Below, piece after piece: positions 10,513-19,156 of a DNA stretch of 64,000 nucleotides (position 1 is the first letter of the stretch; the number at the start of each line of letters is the position of its first letter). The stretch comes from Polyangiaceae bacterium (GTDB lineage: Bacteria > Myxococcota_A > Polyangia > Polyangiales > Polyangiaceae). The position numbers and the translations under genes are program-made. The stretch covers positions 882-64,881 of the forward strand of contig JBDTJC010000241.1 of NCBI GenBank assembly GCA_039936055.1, in the 5' to 3' direction. A model generated the notes under the pieces. That model did no database searches. It had not been told where the DNA came from and saw nothing but the letters and a program-made list of their open reading frames with translations.

Positions 10513-12036
10513 GTGACCGATTCGTGGCTGATTTTCGCTGGATTCGCGCTGGCCGTGGTGGTTGTTGCCGGGTTCTTGCGCTTGCTGCCGGCCGCTCCGC
10601 GGCAACGCTTGCGTCGCTCGGTGATCCTGCTCGGCTTCTATGCGTCCATGCTGGTGGCCTGTCTGGCGCTGCGCTGGGCCCACGCGCCTGGCCTTGCCCG
10701 CGGTTTGGGTGTGGCCTCGGAGCTGCTGCAGCTGCTCTTGGTCATCAACCTGGCAGCGATCTGTGTCTTCGACCTGCTGCTACGCGCGTGTCGCGTGGCC
10801 TACCCGGACATTTTGCACGACGTGCTGGTCGGCGCGGCCTACCTGGTGGCTTTGGGGTTTGTGATGCACCACGTGGGCGTCGACGTGACGAGCATCGTAG
10901 CGACCTCCGCCGTGGTGACGGCGGTGGTCGGCTTGTCCCTGCAAGCGACGCTCGGCAACGTCGTGGGTGGCATTTCACTCCAGCTCGATGACTCCGTGAA
11001 CGAGGGGGACTGGGTCGAACTCGAGAACAAGACGCAAGGCCAAGTCAAGAAAATCCGCTGGCGACACACCGTGCTCGAGACTCGCGATTGGGACACGTTG
11101 ATTGTGCCCAATGGCCAGCTGATGACGCAGCAGATCAAGGTGCTCGGCAAGCGGGAGGGGCAACCGATTCAGCACCGCATGTGGGTCTACTTCAATGTGG
11201 ACTTCCGCTTTGCGCCGGCTGAGGTGATGCGTGCGGTGAATGATTCAGTGCAGGGCACGCCGATCGTCGGTGTGGCGGACGAGCCCAAGGCGCACTGCAT
11301 TTGCTACGACCTTGCGCGCGAAAATCGCGACAGCTTCTGTTACTACGCGGTTCGCTACTGGCTGACGGATCTGGCGCGGGACGACCCGACCAGCTCGCTC
11401 GTGCGCGAGCGTATTTTTTCGGCGTTGAAGCGCGCGCAGGTGCCTTTGGCGATTCCGGCCAAGACCGTGTTCGTGTCGCAAGACGACATCGAGCATCGCG
11501 ACCGCAGGCGCTCGCGCGAGCTCGAATCGCGTCTGAACGCGCTCTCCGCGATTGATCTCTTCGCGACCTTGTCGGAAGACGAGCGGCGCGTTTTGGCTGG
11601 CTCGGCGCGCCTCGCGCCATTCAGCGCACGCGAGGTGATCACGCGTCAGGGCGCGCCCGCGCATTGGTTGTATGTGCTGCTCAAAGGAAAAGCGGACGTG
11701 CGTGTGGCCACGGACGACCATGAAAGTCGCCAAGTGGCGGTCCTGGAAGCCCCGAATTTCTTCGGCGAAATGGCCTTGATGACCGGTCAGCCGCGGGAGG
11801 CGACGGTGATTGCCGAGACTGACGTGGAGTGCTTGCGTGTCGCGCGCGAGGAGGTCGAGAGCATCATCAAGAATCGCCCCGAGATCGCCACCGAGATAGT
11901 CGAAGTGCTCGCGAAGCGCCGCGTCGAACTACTTGCGGTGCGTGAAGGGCTCGACGCCGACGCGAAGCGTCATCGGCTCGGCACCGAACACAGCCGCATC
12001 TTGCACGCCGTGCGTGAGTTCTTCGCGCTCGAGTGA
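10513..12036 (+). CDS. MscS-family mechanosensitive channel with a C-terminal cNMP-binding domain
   Basis: TM region, GLSLQATLGN, GDWV, IVPN; C-terminal FFGEMALMTGQPREATV. Confidence 0.92.
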   Translation: MTDSWLIFAGFALAVVVVAGFLRLLPAAPRQRLRRSVILLGFYASMLVACLALRWAHAPGLARGLGVASELLQLLLVINLAAICVFDLLLRACRVAYPDILHDVLVGAAYLVALGFVMHHVGVDVTSIVATSAVVTAVVGLSLQATLGNVVGGISLQLDDSVNEGDWVELENKTQGQVKKIRWRHTVLETRDWDTLIVPNGQLMTQQIKVLGKREGQPIQHRMWVYFNVDFRFAPAEVMRAVNDSVQGTPIVGVADEPKAHCICYDLARENRDSFCYYAVRYWLTDLARDDPTSSLVRERIFSALKRAQVPLAIPAKTVFVSQDDIEHRDRRRSRELESRLNALSAIDLFATLSEDERRVLAGSARLAPFSAREVITRQGAPAHWLYVLLKGKADVRVATDDHESRQVAVLEAPNFFGEMALMTGQPREATVIAETDVECLRVAREEVESIIKNRPEIATEIVEVLAKRRVELLAVREGLDADAKRHRLGTEHSRILHAVREFFALE

Positions 12037-12155
12037 AGCGCGGGTTGAGTTCGAGGGGTTTTTCATAGCGCAGCCGCGCGATCGTCTGTGCGCTACGGGT
12101 GGCGCTGCCGATCTTGCCAGCTTCGTTTGGTTCACTAGCTGAGCGGAGCCCGTCC

Positions 12156-12190
12156 CACAGCTCGCCGAGGCGTTTCAGCGAGCTGTGTTT
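12156..12190. terminator. Hairpin between convergent genes, putative terminator
   Basis: CACAGCTCGC (12156-12165) / GCGAGCTGTG (12178-12187), a perfect 10-bp stem followed by TTT. Confidence 0.5.
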
Positions 12191-12203
12191 GCGCCTTGCG
12201 CGG

Positions 12204-12512
12204 CTACTTGGAGATCGCCGTTTTCAAGGTCGTGAACTGCGCCTTGAAGTTGGCGGCGGTGATCGTCGTGAAGGCTTCGTCTTCGAAGTCTTGCGACGCG
12301 GGCACGGTGGTTTCATCCACCGCCGCGACGGGTGCGGGTTCCGTCATCGGAGCGGCGGAGGGCGTGGGTAGTGGTGCCACGACTGCGGGCGGCGCAGTGA
12401 CGGTCGCAGACGGCGCTGGATCGGGGTCCTTCTTCTTCAAGAGCGCCTTGCACCCGCCGAGCTCGGCGAGGGTGCTCAAGAGGACCAACGCGTACAGTGG
12501 GCGGAGGTTCAT
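12204..12512 (-). CDS. Small Pro/Ala-rich lipoprotein
   Basis: Lipobox LGGC; ATGA overlap with the upstream gene. Confidence 0.8.
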   Translation of the reverse strand: MNLRPLYALVLLSTLAELGGCKALLKKKDPDPAPSATVTAPPAVVAPLPTPSAAPMTEPAPVAAVDETTVPASQDFEDEAFTTITAANFKAQFTTLKTAISK

Positions 12513-13177
12513 TTGGTGGCTCCGGCGGCTGCGGGCGCGGCGGCTGCGGGTAGTGCGCCCGTGCGGAGCGCATTCATTGCGTCTGCGTCGCGCGTGTCTT
12601 CCTTAGTGATCAGCGCGTCCACGCTGCTGACGAATGCGGTGTCTTTGGAGCCCAGGGCGCGAATGCGCTGCAGGTATGCCGAGCGTTGCGCGTGCAGCTT
12701 CAGCTCGTCAGCCGCGTGCGGATCACTCAGCAAAGAGCCCCAGCGCGCCTGGAGCGTGGTGAACTCCGCGTGTCGCCGGTCTGCCCGGGTTTTGCGCAGG
12801 GCCTCGATGTTCAGAGCGAGCGCGACCGGCACGGGCGCCGCGCTGGCGCTTGTGACTGCGCTCGCGCTGGTGGCGGGCTTCGCGCTGGCAGCCGCGGTGG
12901 CGCTCGGCTTCGGCGCCACCGTGCCCGTGGTCGCGGTAGTGGGTACTGCGGTCGGCGTAGGGAGCGGCGCTACTGTCGGCGTCGCGGTTGGCTGCGCCGC
13001 TGCTGCCGAGCTCGCCACCTGCGCCGCTTTCACGCGCGCCAGCACCGCGGCCTGTTGGTCTTGTAGCCGCTTCAGACGAGCGGCCTGCGCCGCCGCGGTG
13101 GATTGCCCAAATGCGAGCGGCGTAATGGTGAGCGACGCGAGTAGCGCCATGGCTGCGAACGCGTAGATTCTCTTCAT
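12509..13177 (-). CDS. Secreted Ala/Thr/Pro-rich hypothetical protein
   Basis: Signal peptide MKRIYAFAAMALL..AFG; low-complexity linker; helical C-terminus. Confidence 0.8.
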   Translation of the reverse strand: MKRIYAFAAMALLASLTITPLAFGQSTAAAQAARLKRLQDQQAAVLARVKAAQVASSAAAAQPTATPTVAPLPTPTAVPTTATTGTVAPKPSATAAASAKPATSASAVTSASAAPVPVALALNIEALRKTRADRRHAEFTTLQARWGSLLSDPHAADELKLHAQRSAYLQRIRALGSKDTAFVSSVDALITKEDTRDADAMNALRTGALPAAAAPAAAGATK

Positions 13178-13189
13178 GTGGAGGCCTTT

Positions 13190-13993
13190 TTATGGTGTGA
13201 GCTGGGAGGTGCAGGAGAATTTGGCGCAGGTGCCGTCGTCCCAAGGCCGGGGCGAGGCGCCTGCCGGGAAGTTGACGGGAGCGGTGGCCCAGTCACCCGG
13301 AATGGTGTCGTCCGGCGCGTCTGCCATGCAGTTCATGAGGGCTTCGGTGGCCGGCGTCATGTTCATTGGGGCCCATTGGAAGAATCTCGGATCCGCGCTC
13401 AACCCGAGGCTGGAGCCGCAGGCCCGCACGATGTCGCGCTTCACGAGGCCGCTGGCGCGCTCCATCGTGATGCAGTCCATAATGAGTTCGATTTGGCCGG
13501 TGTCCGGGTTCTTGTCCGACCCCAAACAGTACTGGTCAGGATGCTCCGGGTCAGGGGCGTTGTTCTCGTCTTCGGCGGAACACGCGGCCCATTCCGGCAC
13601 GCACAGCTGCGTCAGACAGCCGGTGCAGTCCGCAGGATCAATCATGAGCGCGCCACCTTCGCCACCTTCGCCAGCTTCGCCGGTCGAGCTGGTGCCGGCG
13701 TAGGAGGTACCGCCGCCGTTGCTTGCGCCCGCGTCACCGGCGCTCCCGCCGCCGACGCTGACCGCGCCAGGCGGGCACACACACGACCCATACACGCCGT
13801 CGCTCTTGCAGACCTGATAGCCGGTGGACTTGTCGCTGCACATGCAACCGTTCGTCTTGTCGCCCGTATTACAGGTGTTGCCGCTGGTGTCGTCGCCCAT
13901 ATCAGTGGCTGACTTGACCGTGCAATTGGTGACGAGCAGCCCGAAGCTCACGCCGGTAAAAAGTAGTTTCCAGATCGAACGCTTGTTGGTCAT
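13190..13993 (-). CDS. Cys-rich lipoprotein
   Basis: GAGGAGG RBS before ATG 13993; LVTNC lipobox; CxCx..GYQVC..YGSCxC module and Gly linker. Confidence 0.82.
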   Translation of the reverse strand: MTNKRSIWKLLFTGVSFGLLVTNCTVKSATDMGDDTSGNTCNTGDKTNGCMCSDKSTGYQVCKSDGVYGSCVCPPGAVSVGGGSAGDAGASNGGGTSYAGTSSTGEAGEGGEGGALMIDPADCTGCLTQLCVPEWAACSAEDENNAPDPEHPDQYCLGSDKNPDTGQIELIMDCITMERASGLVKRDIVRACGSSLGLSADPRFFQWAPMNMTPATEALMNCMADAPDDTIPGDWATAPVNFPAGASPRPWDDGTCAKFSCTSQLTP

Positions 13994-14245
13994 CGACAAA
14001 GTCCTCCTCGGGTTAGGTTCCCCGCACCAATGCGGCCGCTCTGAGCGCACTAAGCCTCGGAGACAAACCTCCGAGAGCTGGTACTCTTATACGAATGGCC
14101 CGGAATTGGATCCCCCCCCAGTTGCTCGATTCTTGTGAGCAAGACGCAGCTTCAGCCAGTGAAGGGGATTTCTGCACCTGGTGGCCGGCACGCCCCCTTT
14201 TTGACGAGGGCGGAATTCGGCATCCCCGATATGAGCGCGGAATCG

Positions 14246-15223
14246 CTATTCGGCCAGGGCTTCGTCGACCAAGCGTTTGATTTCGTCGAAATTCGGATCG
14301 TGGGCGCGGAGCTGCGGCGATCGGCGCGCCGGGCCCAAGCTTTGCGAGGTGGCCAGGGCGGCTTCCAGTTCGTCGATGGTGCTGGCATCGGCTGCACGAG
14401 GGGTGCGTTTTACCTTGCCGCCCAACCAGCGGCCGAGCCACGAAGCCGGCTCGCGCAACTCGAACTCCCCACGCGCGACACGCTTCGGGTCCTGGCGTAG
14501 CGCCTGCACCAGCGGCCAGTTCGAGTCAGCCCAGGCCTTGGCCTCCGCGAAGGCCTCGCGCTGCGTTGGTGAAAGGTATTTGTTCACCGCGCGGAGCGAT
14601 TGCTCGTTCACCGCGGCCGACAGTGCGAGCACCAGCGCGACCTCCGTAGGGCCGAGCGCAGTCGTGCGCGCGATGGAGGGGCCTCCGCAGGAATTGCGAT
14701 AGATGTGTGACCCTTCGAGTAGGAGCACCCCGAAGCCGAGCTGCACCGCGGTCAGATCGACCGCCAAATCCAGATTCAATTGGGTCGGCGGCGAGTCCGC
14801 TTCGCGCAGCACTGCCAACGCCACTGCGCGACAGAGCGCGGACGTTAACGCCACGGGTTGCGCGGCCTCAGCGGGCAACACGTTGACCTGCCAGAATTCT
14901 CCCGCGTCTACCAGGCGCTCGACTGATTCGGCTTGGGGATCGGCTTGTGCTGGACCGCAGCTGCCACACGCACCCGTGCCGCAGTTTTCCGAGGCCCCTC
15001 CCCAGAAGCGAGCGACCACCGCCATTTCAGGTAACCCAGCGTGCTCGAGCAGGCGATCCGTGAGGCGTTGCACACTCGCTTCGTCGCCGATGAACACGTC
15101 GGGGAAAAAATCTGCGTTCGGAAGGACCAACGGATTCGAGCCGCCGAGCGTGCCCAGGCTGAGGCGAACGTGCGCGCTGGCTGCCGCGAGCGCCGTCCTG
15201 ATCTGACCGTTCGGGAACTCCAT
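14246..15223 (-). CDS. Hypothetical protein with a Cys cluster (CGTGACGSC)
   Basis: Long ORF with GC-biased codon usage; start uncertain (15223/15241). Confidence 0.7.
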   Translation of the reverse strand: MEFPNGQIRTALAAASAHVRLSLGTLGGSNPLVLPNADFFPDVFIGDEASVQRLTDRLLEHAGLPEMAVVARFWGGASENCGTGACGSCGPAQADPQAESVERLVDAGEFWQVNVLPAEAAQPVALTSALCRAVALAVLREADSPPTQLNLDLAVDLTAVQLGFGVLLLEGSHIYRNSCGGPSIARTTALGPTEVALVLALSAAVNEQSLRAVNKYLSPTQREAFAEAKAWADSNWPLVQALRQDPKRVARGEFELREPASWLGRWLGGKVKRTPRAADASTIDELEAALATSQSLGPARRSPQLRAHDPNFDEIKRLVDEALAE

Positions 15224-15268
15224 GGGCAGTAAAGGTAGCATGCGTGCGTCGTTAGCAAAGAGCGATCG

Positions 15269-16963
15269 TTGGCGGGCGTGTGCCGGCATGATAGTGAGCT
15301 GCCGACGCTCGCAACGCGCATATCGGGGATCGCTGTGGTCGTTTGTGTGGCGACCGCCTGCGGGAGTTCGTCGCGCAATTTCAGGAGCAGCGCCGCTGGA
15401 AGCGGCGGAGATGCGGGAGAGACCCCTGGCGGGACGGACGCGGGGTCCGGTGGTACGGGCGACGCGGGCGCCGGTGACAGCGCCGCGGGCGCCGGAACGG
15501 GTGGAGAGGCGGGCGAACCGAACGCCACCGCAGGTGCGTCGGGAACCGTCGGGTCAGGCGGGTCCACTGGCACAGACGGCGCTGGGACTGGCGGCACGGG
15601 CAGCCCGTCGCAGCAACCAGACGGCACAGCGCTTGGAACCTTGAACCAGCCCTGCGCCGTCGATGGCGATACCGCCTGTCAGGGTCACGCCAAGAAACAG
15701 CAGCTCATTTGCTCGGCGGGCAAGTGGGTGGTGAATGGGACATGCACGGCGAACAACAACTGCGATACCACGCCTGGTACGAGCGCCGGCTCGTGCCAGC
15801 CGATCCTTGCGGCGTGCGCCGCCAAAGCCGCCGGCACGAACATCTGCGACGGCAGCACCGCCAAGACCTGCGGGCCTGACCTCGTGACCGGCGGCGTGCT
15901 GTCGATGTGCACCGGTGGCTTCTGCAACGGTGCGGGCGTGTGCGGTGAATGCCAAGCGGAGACCGCCGAATGCACCGTGGGTGGGTTACGACAATGTTCA
16001 CCGGCGGGTGTGTGGGGCGCCGCTTCGGCTTGTCCATCGACCGCCCCAGTGTGCACGGCTGGCGCGTGCGTGAACCCACCGAGCTGCGTGGGTTTGCCTG
16101 CCACGTGCGGAGCCGCAGGCAACGAATCCTGTTGTCGAAGTGGGTTCATTCCTGGCGTCGCGAAGACCGCAACGACGCCGTATTACCGAAGCTACGACGG
16201 AGTCACGGCTTTCTACCTGAACAAGGGTTACCCCGCGAGCGTCAGCGCGTACAACTTGGACAACTACCCAATTACTGTCGGGCGTTTCAGCAAATTCGCC
16301 TCGGTTTATCTGCAAAACATGACTGTGCAGGGCGCGGGGAAGAACCCCAACGATCCCAACGACACGGGCTGGGACGCGGCGAATTGGAACGGCAAGCTCG
16401 ACGCTTCGCAGACTGATTTGAAGAGCGTAGTAGCGTGTGATGCATTCGCCACGTTCAACGCGGGCAACCCGAACATGCCGATGAATTGTCTGAGTTGGTA
16501 CGAGGCAGAAGCTTTTTGTATCTGGGATGGCGGACGCCTGCCGACCGAACTGGAGTGGAATTTTGCGGCCTCGGGCGGCACGGACCAAAACATCTACCCG
16601 TGGGGCAGCACCAAGCCGGGCATGGATGCGACGCTCGCTGTGTATGGCTGCTACCTGAACGGGACTGGTGCTTGCTCCGGCCTCAGCAATTTGGCGACCG
16701 TCGGATCCCTCCTCGCTGGCAATGGCAAGTTCGGCCAAGCCGATCTTGCCGGGAACGTCGTGCAGTGGCTGCGAGACTATGGAAACACCGCCTATGTGAG
16801 TCCATGCGATGATTGCTCGCAATCCATCGCGACGGCATATCGGGGGTTGCGAGGCGCCTCTTACAATGACTCGGCCTCGTTCGTCTTCTCTTCCGGACGT
16901 AACTACGACAGCCCGATCGCTCACAAGAGCATCGAGGGTGCGCGCTGCGCAAGAACCCGCTAA
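15269..16963 (+). CDS. Cys-rich lipoprotein with an FGE-sulfatase (SUMF1/C-type-lectin fold) C-terminal domain
   Basis: ATAC lipobox, Gly linker, PMNCLSWYEAEAFCIWDGGRLPTELEW, DLAGNV, GARCAR; start uncertain. Confidence 0.88.
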   Translation: MAGVCRHDSELPTLATRISGIAVVVCVATACGSSSRNFRSSAAGSGGDAGETPGGTDAGSGGTGDAGAGDSAAGAGTGGEAGEPNATAGASGTVGSGGSTGTDGAGTGGTGSPSQQPDGTALGTLNQPCAVDGDTACQGHAKKQQLICSAGKWVVNGTCTANNNCDTTPGTSAGSCQPILAACAAKAAGTNICDGSTAKTCGPDLVTGGVLSMCTGGFCNGAGVCGECQAETAECTVGGLRQCSPAGVWGAASACPSTAPVCTAGACVNPPSCVGLPATCGAAGNESCCRSGFIPGVAKTATTPYYRSYDGVTAFYLNKGYPASVSAYNLDNYPITVGRFSKFASVYLQNMTVQGAGKNPNDPNDTGWDAANWNGKLDASQTDLKSVVACDAFATFNAGNPNMPMNCLSWYEAEAFCIWDGGRLPTELEWNFAASGGTDQNIYPWGSTKPGMDATLAVYGCYLNGTGACSGLSNLATVGSLLAGNGKFGQADLAGNVVQWLRDYGNTAYVSPCDDCSQSIATAYRGLRGASYNDSASFVFSSGRNYDSPIAHKSIEGARCARTR

Positions 16964-16975
16964 GAAGGGGCCGTC

Positions 16976-17668
16976 ATGGCCAGGCCTACTGTCGCGTTGT
17001 TCGATATCGATGGCACTTTAATCGTTACCGGTGGCACCGGGCGGCGTTCAGTGAACCGCGCCTTCCTCAAGCTGTACGGCCGCGCTGACGCGTGTGATTC
17101 CTTCGGCTTCGACGGCATGACGGACCGGTTGATCGCGCGCATGGGTTTGGAGGCCATCGGCGTCGAAGCCAGCGCAGAGGCGATTGACGGCTGGCTTGCG
17201 GAATACCTGAGCGCGCTGGCGGACGAAGTGACGCGCGCCGAAGGCACGAGCTTTCGGTTGCTGCCGGGCATGGCAGCAGCCATTGCGGCGGCGCACAGCG
17301 CTGACATGGCCGTGGGGCTCGGCACGGGGAACGTGCGTGAAGGCGCGCGCATCAAACTCGAGCGCGTCGGGGTGCATCAACATTTTCGCTTCGGCGGCTT
17401 TGGTTGTGATGCCGAGGCGCGTCCTGAAGTCATTCGCCTGGGTGCGGAGCGCGGTGCGGAGCAGCTCGGCGTGCCGCTGGCAGAGTGTCGCGTGGTCGTG
17501 ATCGGCGATACGCCGCGTGACGTGGACGCCGCCCAGGCAATTGGCGCGGAGTGCATCGCCGTGGCGACCGGGCGCTACTCCGTTTCGGAGCTAAAGACGA
17601 GCGGTGCGCACTATACATTTGCGGATTTTTCGGATCCCGCTGCACTCGGTGCCCTGCTGGCTGTCTGA
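16976..17668 (+). CDS. HAD-superfamily hydrolase (phosphoglycolate phosphatase-like)
   Basis: LFDIDGTL, TGN, IGDTPRD motifs. Confidence 0.9.
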   Translation: MARPTVALFDIDGTLIVTGGTGRRSVNRAFLKLYGRADACDSFGFDGMTDRLIARMGLEAIGVEASAEAIDGWLAEYLSALADEVTRAEGTSFRLLPGMAAAIAAAHSADMAVGLGTGNVREGARIKLERVGVHQHFRFGGFGCDAEARPEVIRLGAERGAEQLGVPLAECRVVVIGDTPRDVDAAQAIGAECIAVATGRYSVSELKTSGAHYTFADFSDPAALGALLAV

Positions 17669-17750
17669 CGCCTGGCACCGGTTCCACACTTTTGTCGCGG
17701 CGGACACGGGTGCTCTTGCCTTTTCGCGCCAGATTCGACATAGGCATCCT

Positions 17751-18854
17751 ATGACGAATGCTCATCTGTTACCGGTTCCGAGTCGGTGGTTGGGGCGAAC
17801 TGCGCTGAGTATCCTCGCCGCCGCCTCGCTGCTGTCCGTGCTCTCCGGGTGCGCTACGACTGACGCGCACTCGAACAATCCGTCCGGTGGCCCTGTGGCT
17901 GGGTCGAAGCCCGCGAGCGACGGCGACCCGGGCGACAGCTCACCACTCACCGATCCTCCCGTGCCGAGTAAGGCGACCGGCAATCCGTTGACCTCGATCA
18001 AGCTGTGGGTCGACCCGCACACCAACGCGGTGCTTCGTGCCAACGCCATTCGCGCCAAGGAGCCCGAGAAGGCTGCGATCTTGGACAAGATCGGCATTCA
18101 GCCGCAGGCGCTGTGGCTCGGCGAGTGGAACAGCAACATCTACCGCACGGTGCAGGCTACCGTGCAGGCGGCCAAGGAAGACGGCGCAGTGGCCTCCTTC
18201 GTCGTCTACAACTTGCCGCACCGCGATTGCGGACAGGAGTCTGCCGGCGGTTTGAAGAAGGCGGATGACTACAAGCATTGGATTCGGCGCGTCGCTGCCG
18301 GAATCAAGGACGAGCCGGCCATCGTGGTGGTAGAGCCGGATGCGATTGGGCTGTTGACCAAGGCTAATTGCCTCAGTCCGGAGCAGCAAACCGAGCGCTT
18401 GGCGTTGATCAAAGACGCCGTGCGCGTGCTGCGCGCAAACCCGAAAACCATCGTGTATATCGACAGCGGCCACGCCCATTGGGACCCGGCGCCGGTGTTT
18501 GCCGAGCGCTTGAAGCAAGCGGGTATCGAAGACGCCAACGGCTTCGCGCTGAACACCTCCAACTACGTCACCACGGAGGAGAACCTCGCGTTCGGTAAGA
18601 AGATCTCCGCGCTGGTCGGCGGCGCACACTTCGTGATCGATACCAGCCGCAATGGCGCGGGCGCTACACCGGACAATCAGTGGTGCAACCCGCCGGGCCG
18701 CAAGATCGGCAAGCCGCCGACCACCGCCACGAACGACCCCCTCGTGGACGGCTTCTTGTGGTTGAAGCGCCCGGGCGAGTCCGACGGCGAGTGTCATGGC
18801 GGTCCGAAGGCAGGCATCTTCTGGATCGAACAAGCCTTGGAAATGGCGCAATGA
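17751..18854 (+). CDS. Glycoside hydrolase family 6 endoglucanase, lipoprotein
   Basis: YNLPHRDC, EPD, YIDSGH, NTSNY, DTSRNG, WCNP, WLKRPGESDG motifs; LSGC lipobox. Confidence 0.93.
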   Translation: MTNAHLLPVPSRWLGRTALSILAAASLLSVLSGCATTDAHSNNPSGGPVAGSKPASDGDPGDSSPLTDPPVPSKATGNPLTSIKLWVDPHTNAVLRANAIRAKEPEKAAILDKIGIQPQALWLGEWNSNIYRTVQATVQAAKEDGAVASFVVYNLPHRDCGQESAGGLKKADDYKHWIRRVAAGIKDEPAIVVVEPDAIGLLTKANCLSPEQQTERLALIKDAVRVLRANPKTIVYIDSGHAHWDPAPVFAERLKQAGIEDANGFALNTSNYVTTEENLAFGKKISALVGGAHFVIDTSRNGAGATPDNQWCNPPGRKIGKPPTTATNDPLVDGFLWLKRPGESDGECHGGPKAGIFWIEQALEMAQ

Positions 18855-18911
18855 TCGTTTCGTCGCGCGCCCGCTGAGCGAGCTACGCGACGCGCAGTTC
18901 GCGGCCCCGCC

Positions 18912-19132
18912 CGCTGACCAAAGAGAAGACGTCCAAAGAGAAAGAACGCCCCCATGGCTTCCCCTGGGGGCGCTCTGTCTTTGTCTTCCGTTTACTTTGG
19001 CTCAGTGAATAGTACGACGAACCCGGAACTCCGCTCCGGGTTGTCGTATGTCGAGACAGATAGAGTACTGAGGACAGATTTGCCGTGCTGGAGGGTTTCT
19101 GCGGCCCTCACCCTCGAGGGCCGCGGAAACCC
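18912..19132. ncRNA. Candidate structured RNA or compound terminator with three stem-loops
   Basis: Irregular long hairpin 18912-19007, hairpin 19013-19048 and 17-bp hairpin 19093-19132, between convergent genes. Confidence 0.45.
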
Positions 19133-19156
19133 GGAACGCACATCCGAACCGAAGTA

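Noticed and set aside
16830-16963. FGE-sulfatase C-terminus as a diversity-generating retroelement variable region
   Set aside because: The fold suits a DGR target, but I found no template repeat or reverse transcriptase in the window.
18912-19132. Guanidine (ykkC) or c-di-GMP riboswitch, or retron msr-msd
   Set aside because: It lies 3' of both flanking genes, I could not match the conserved motifs, and no reverse transcriptase is nearby.
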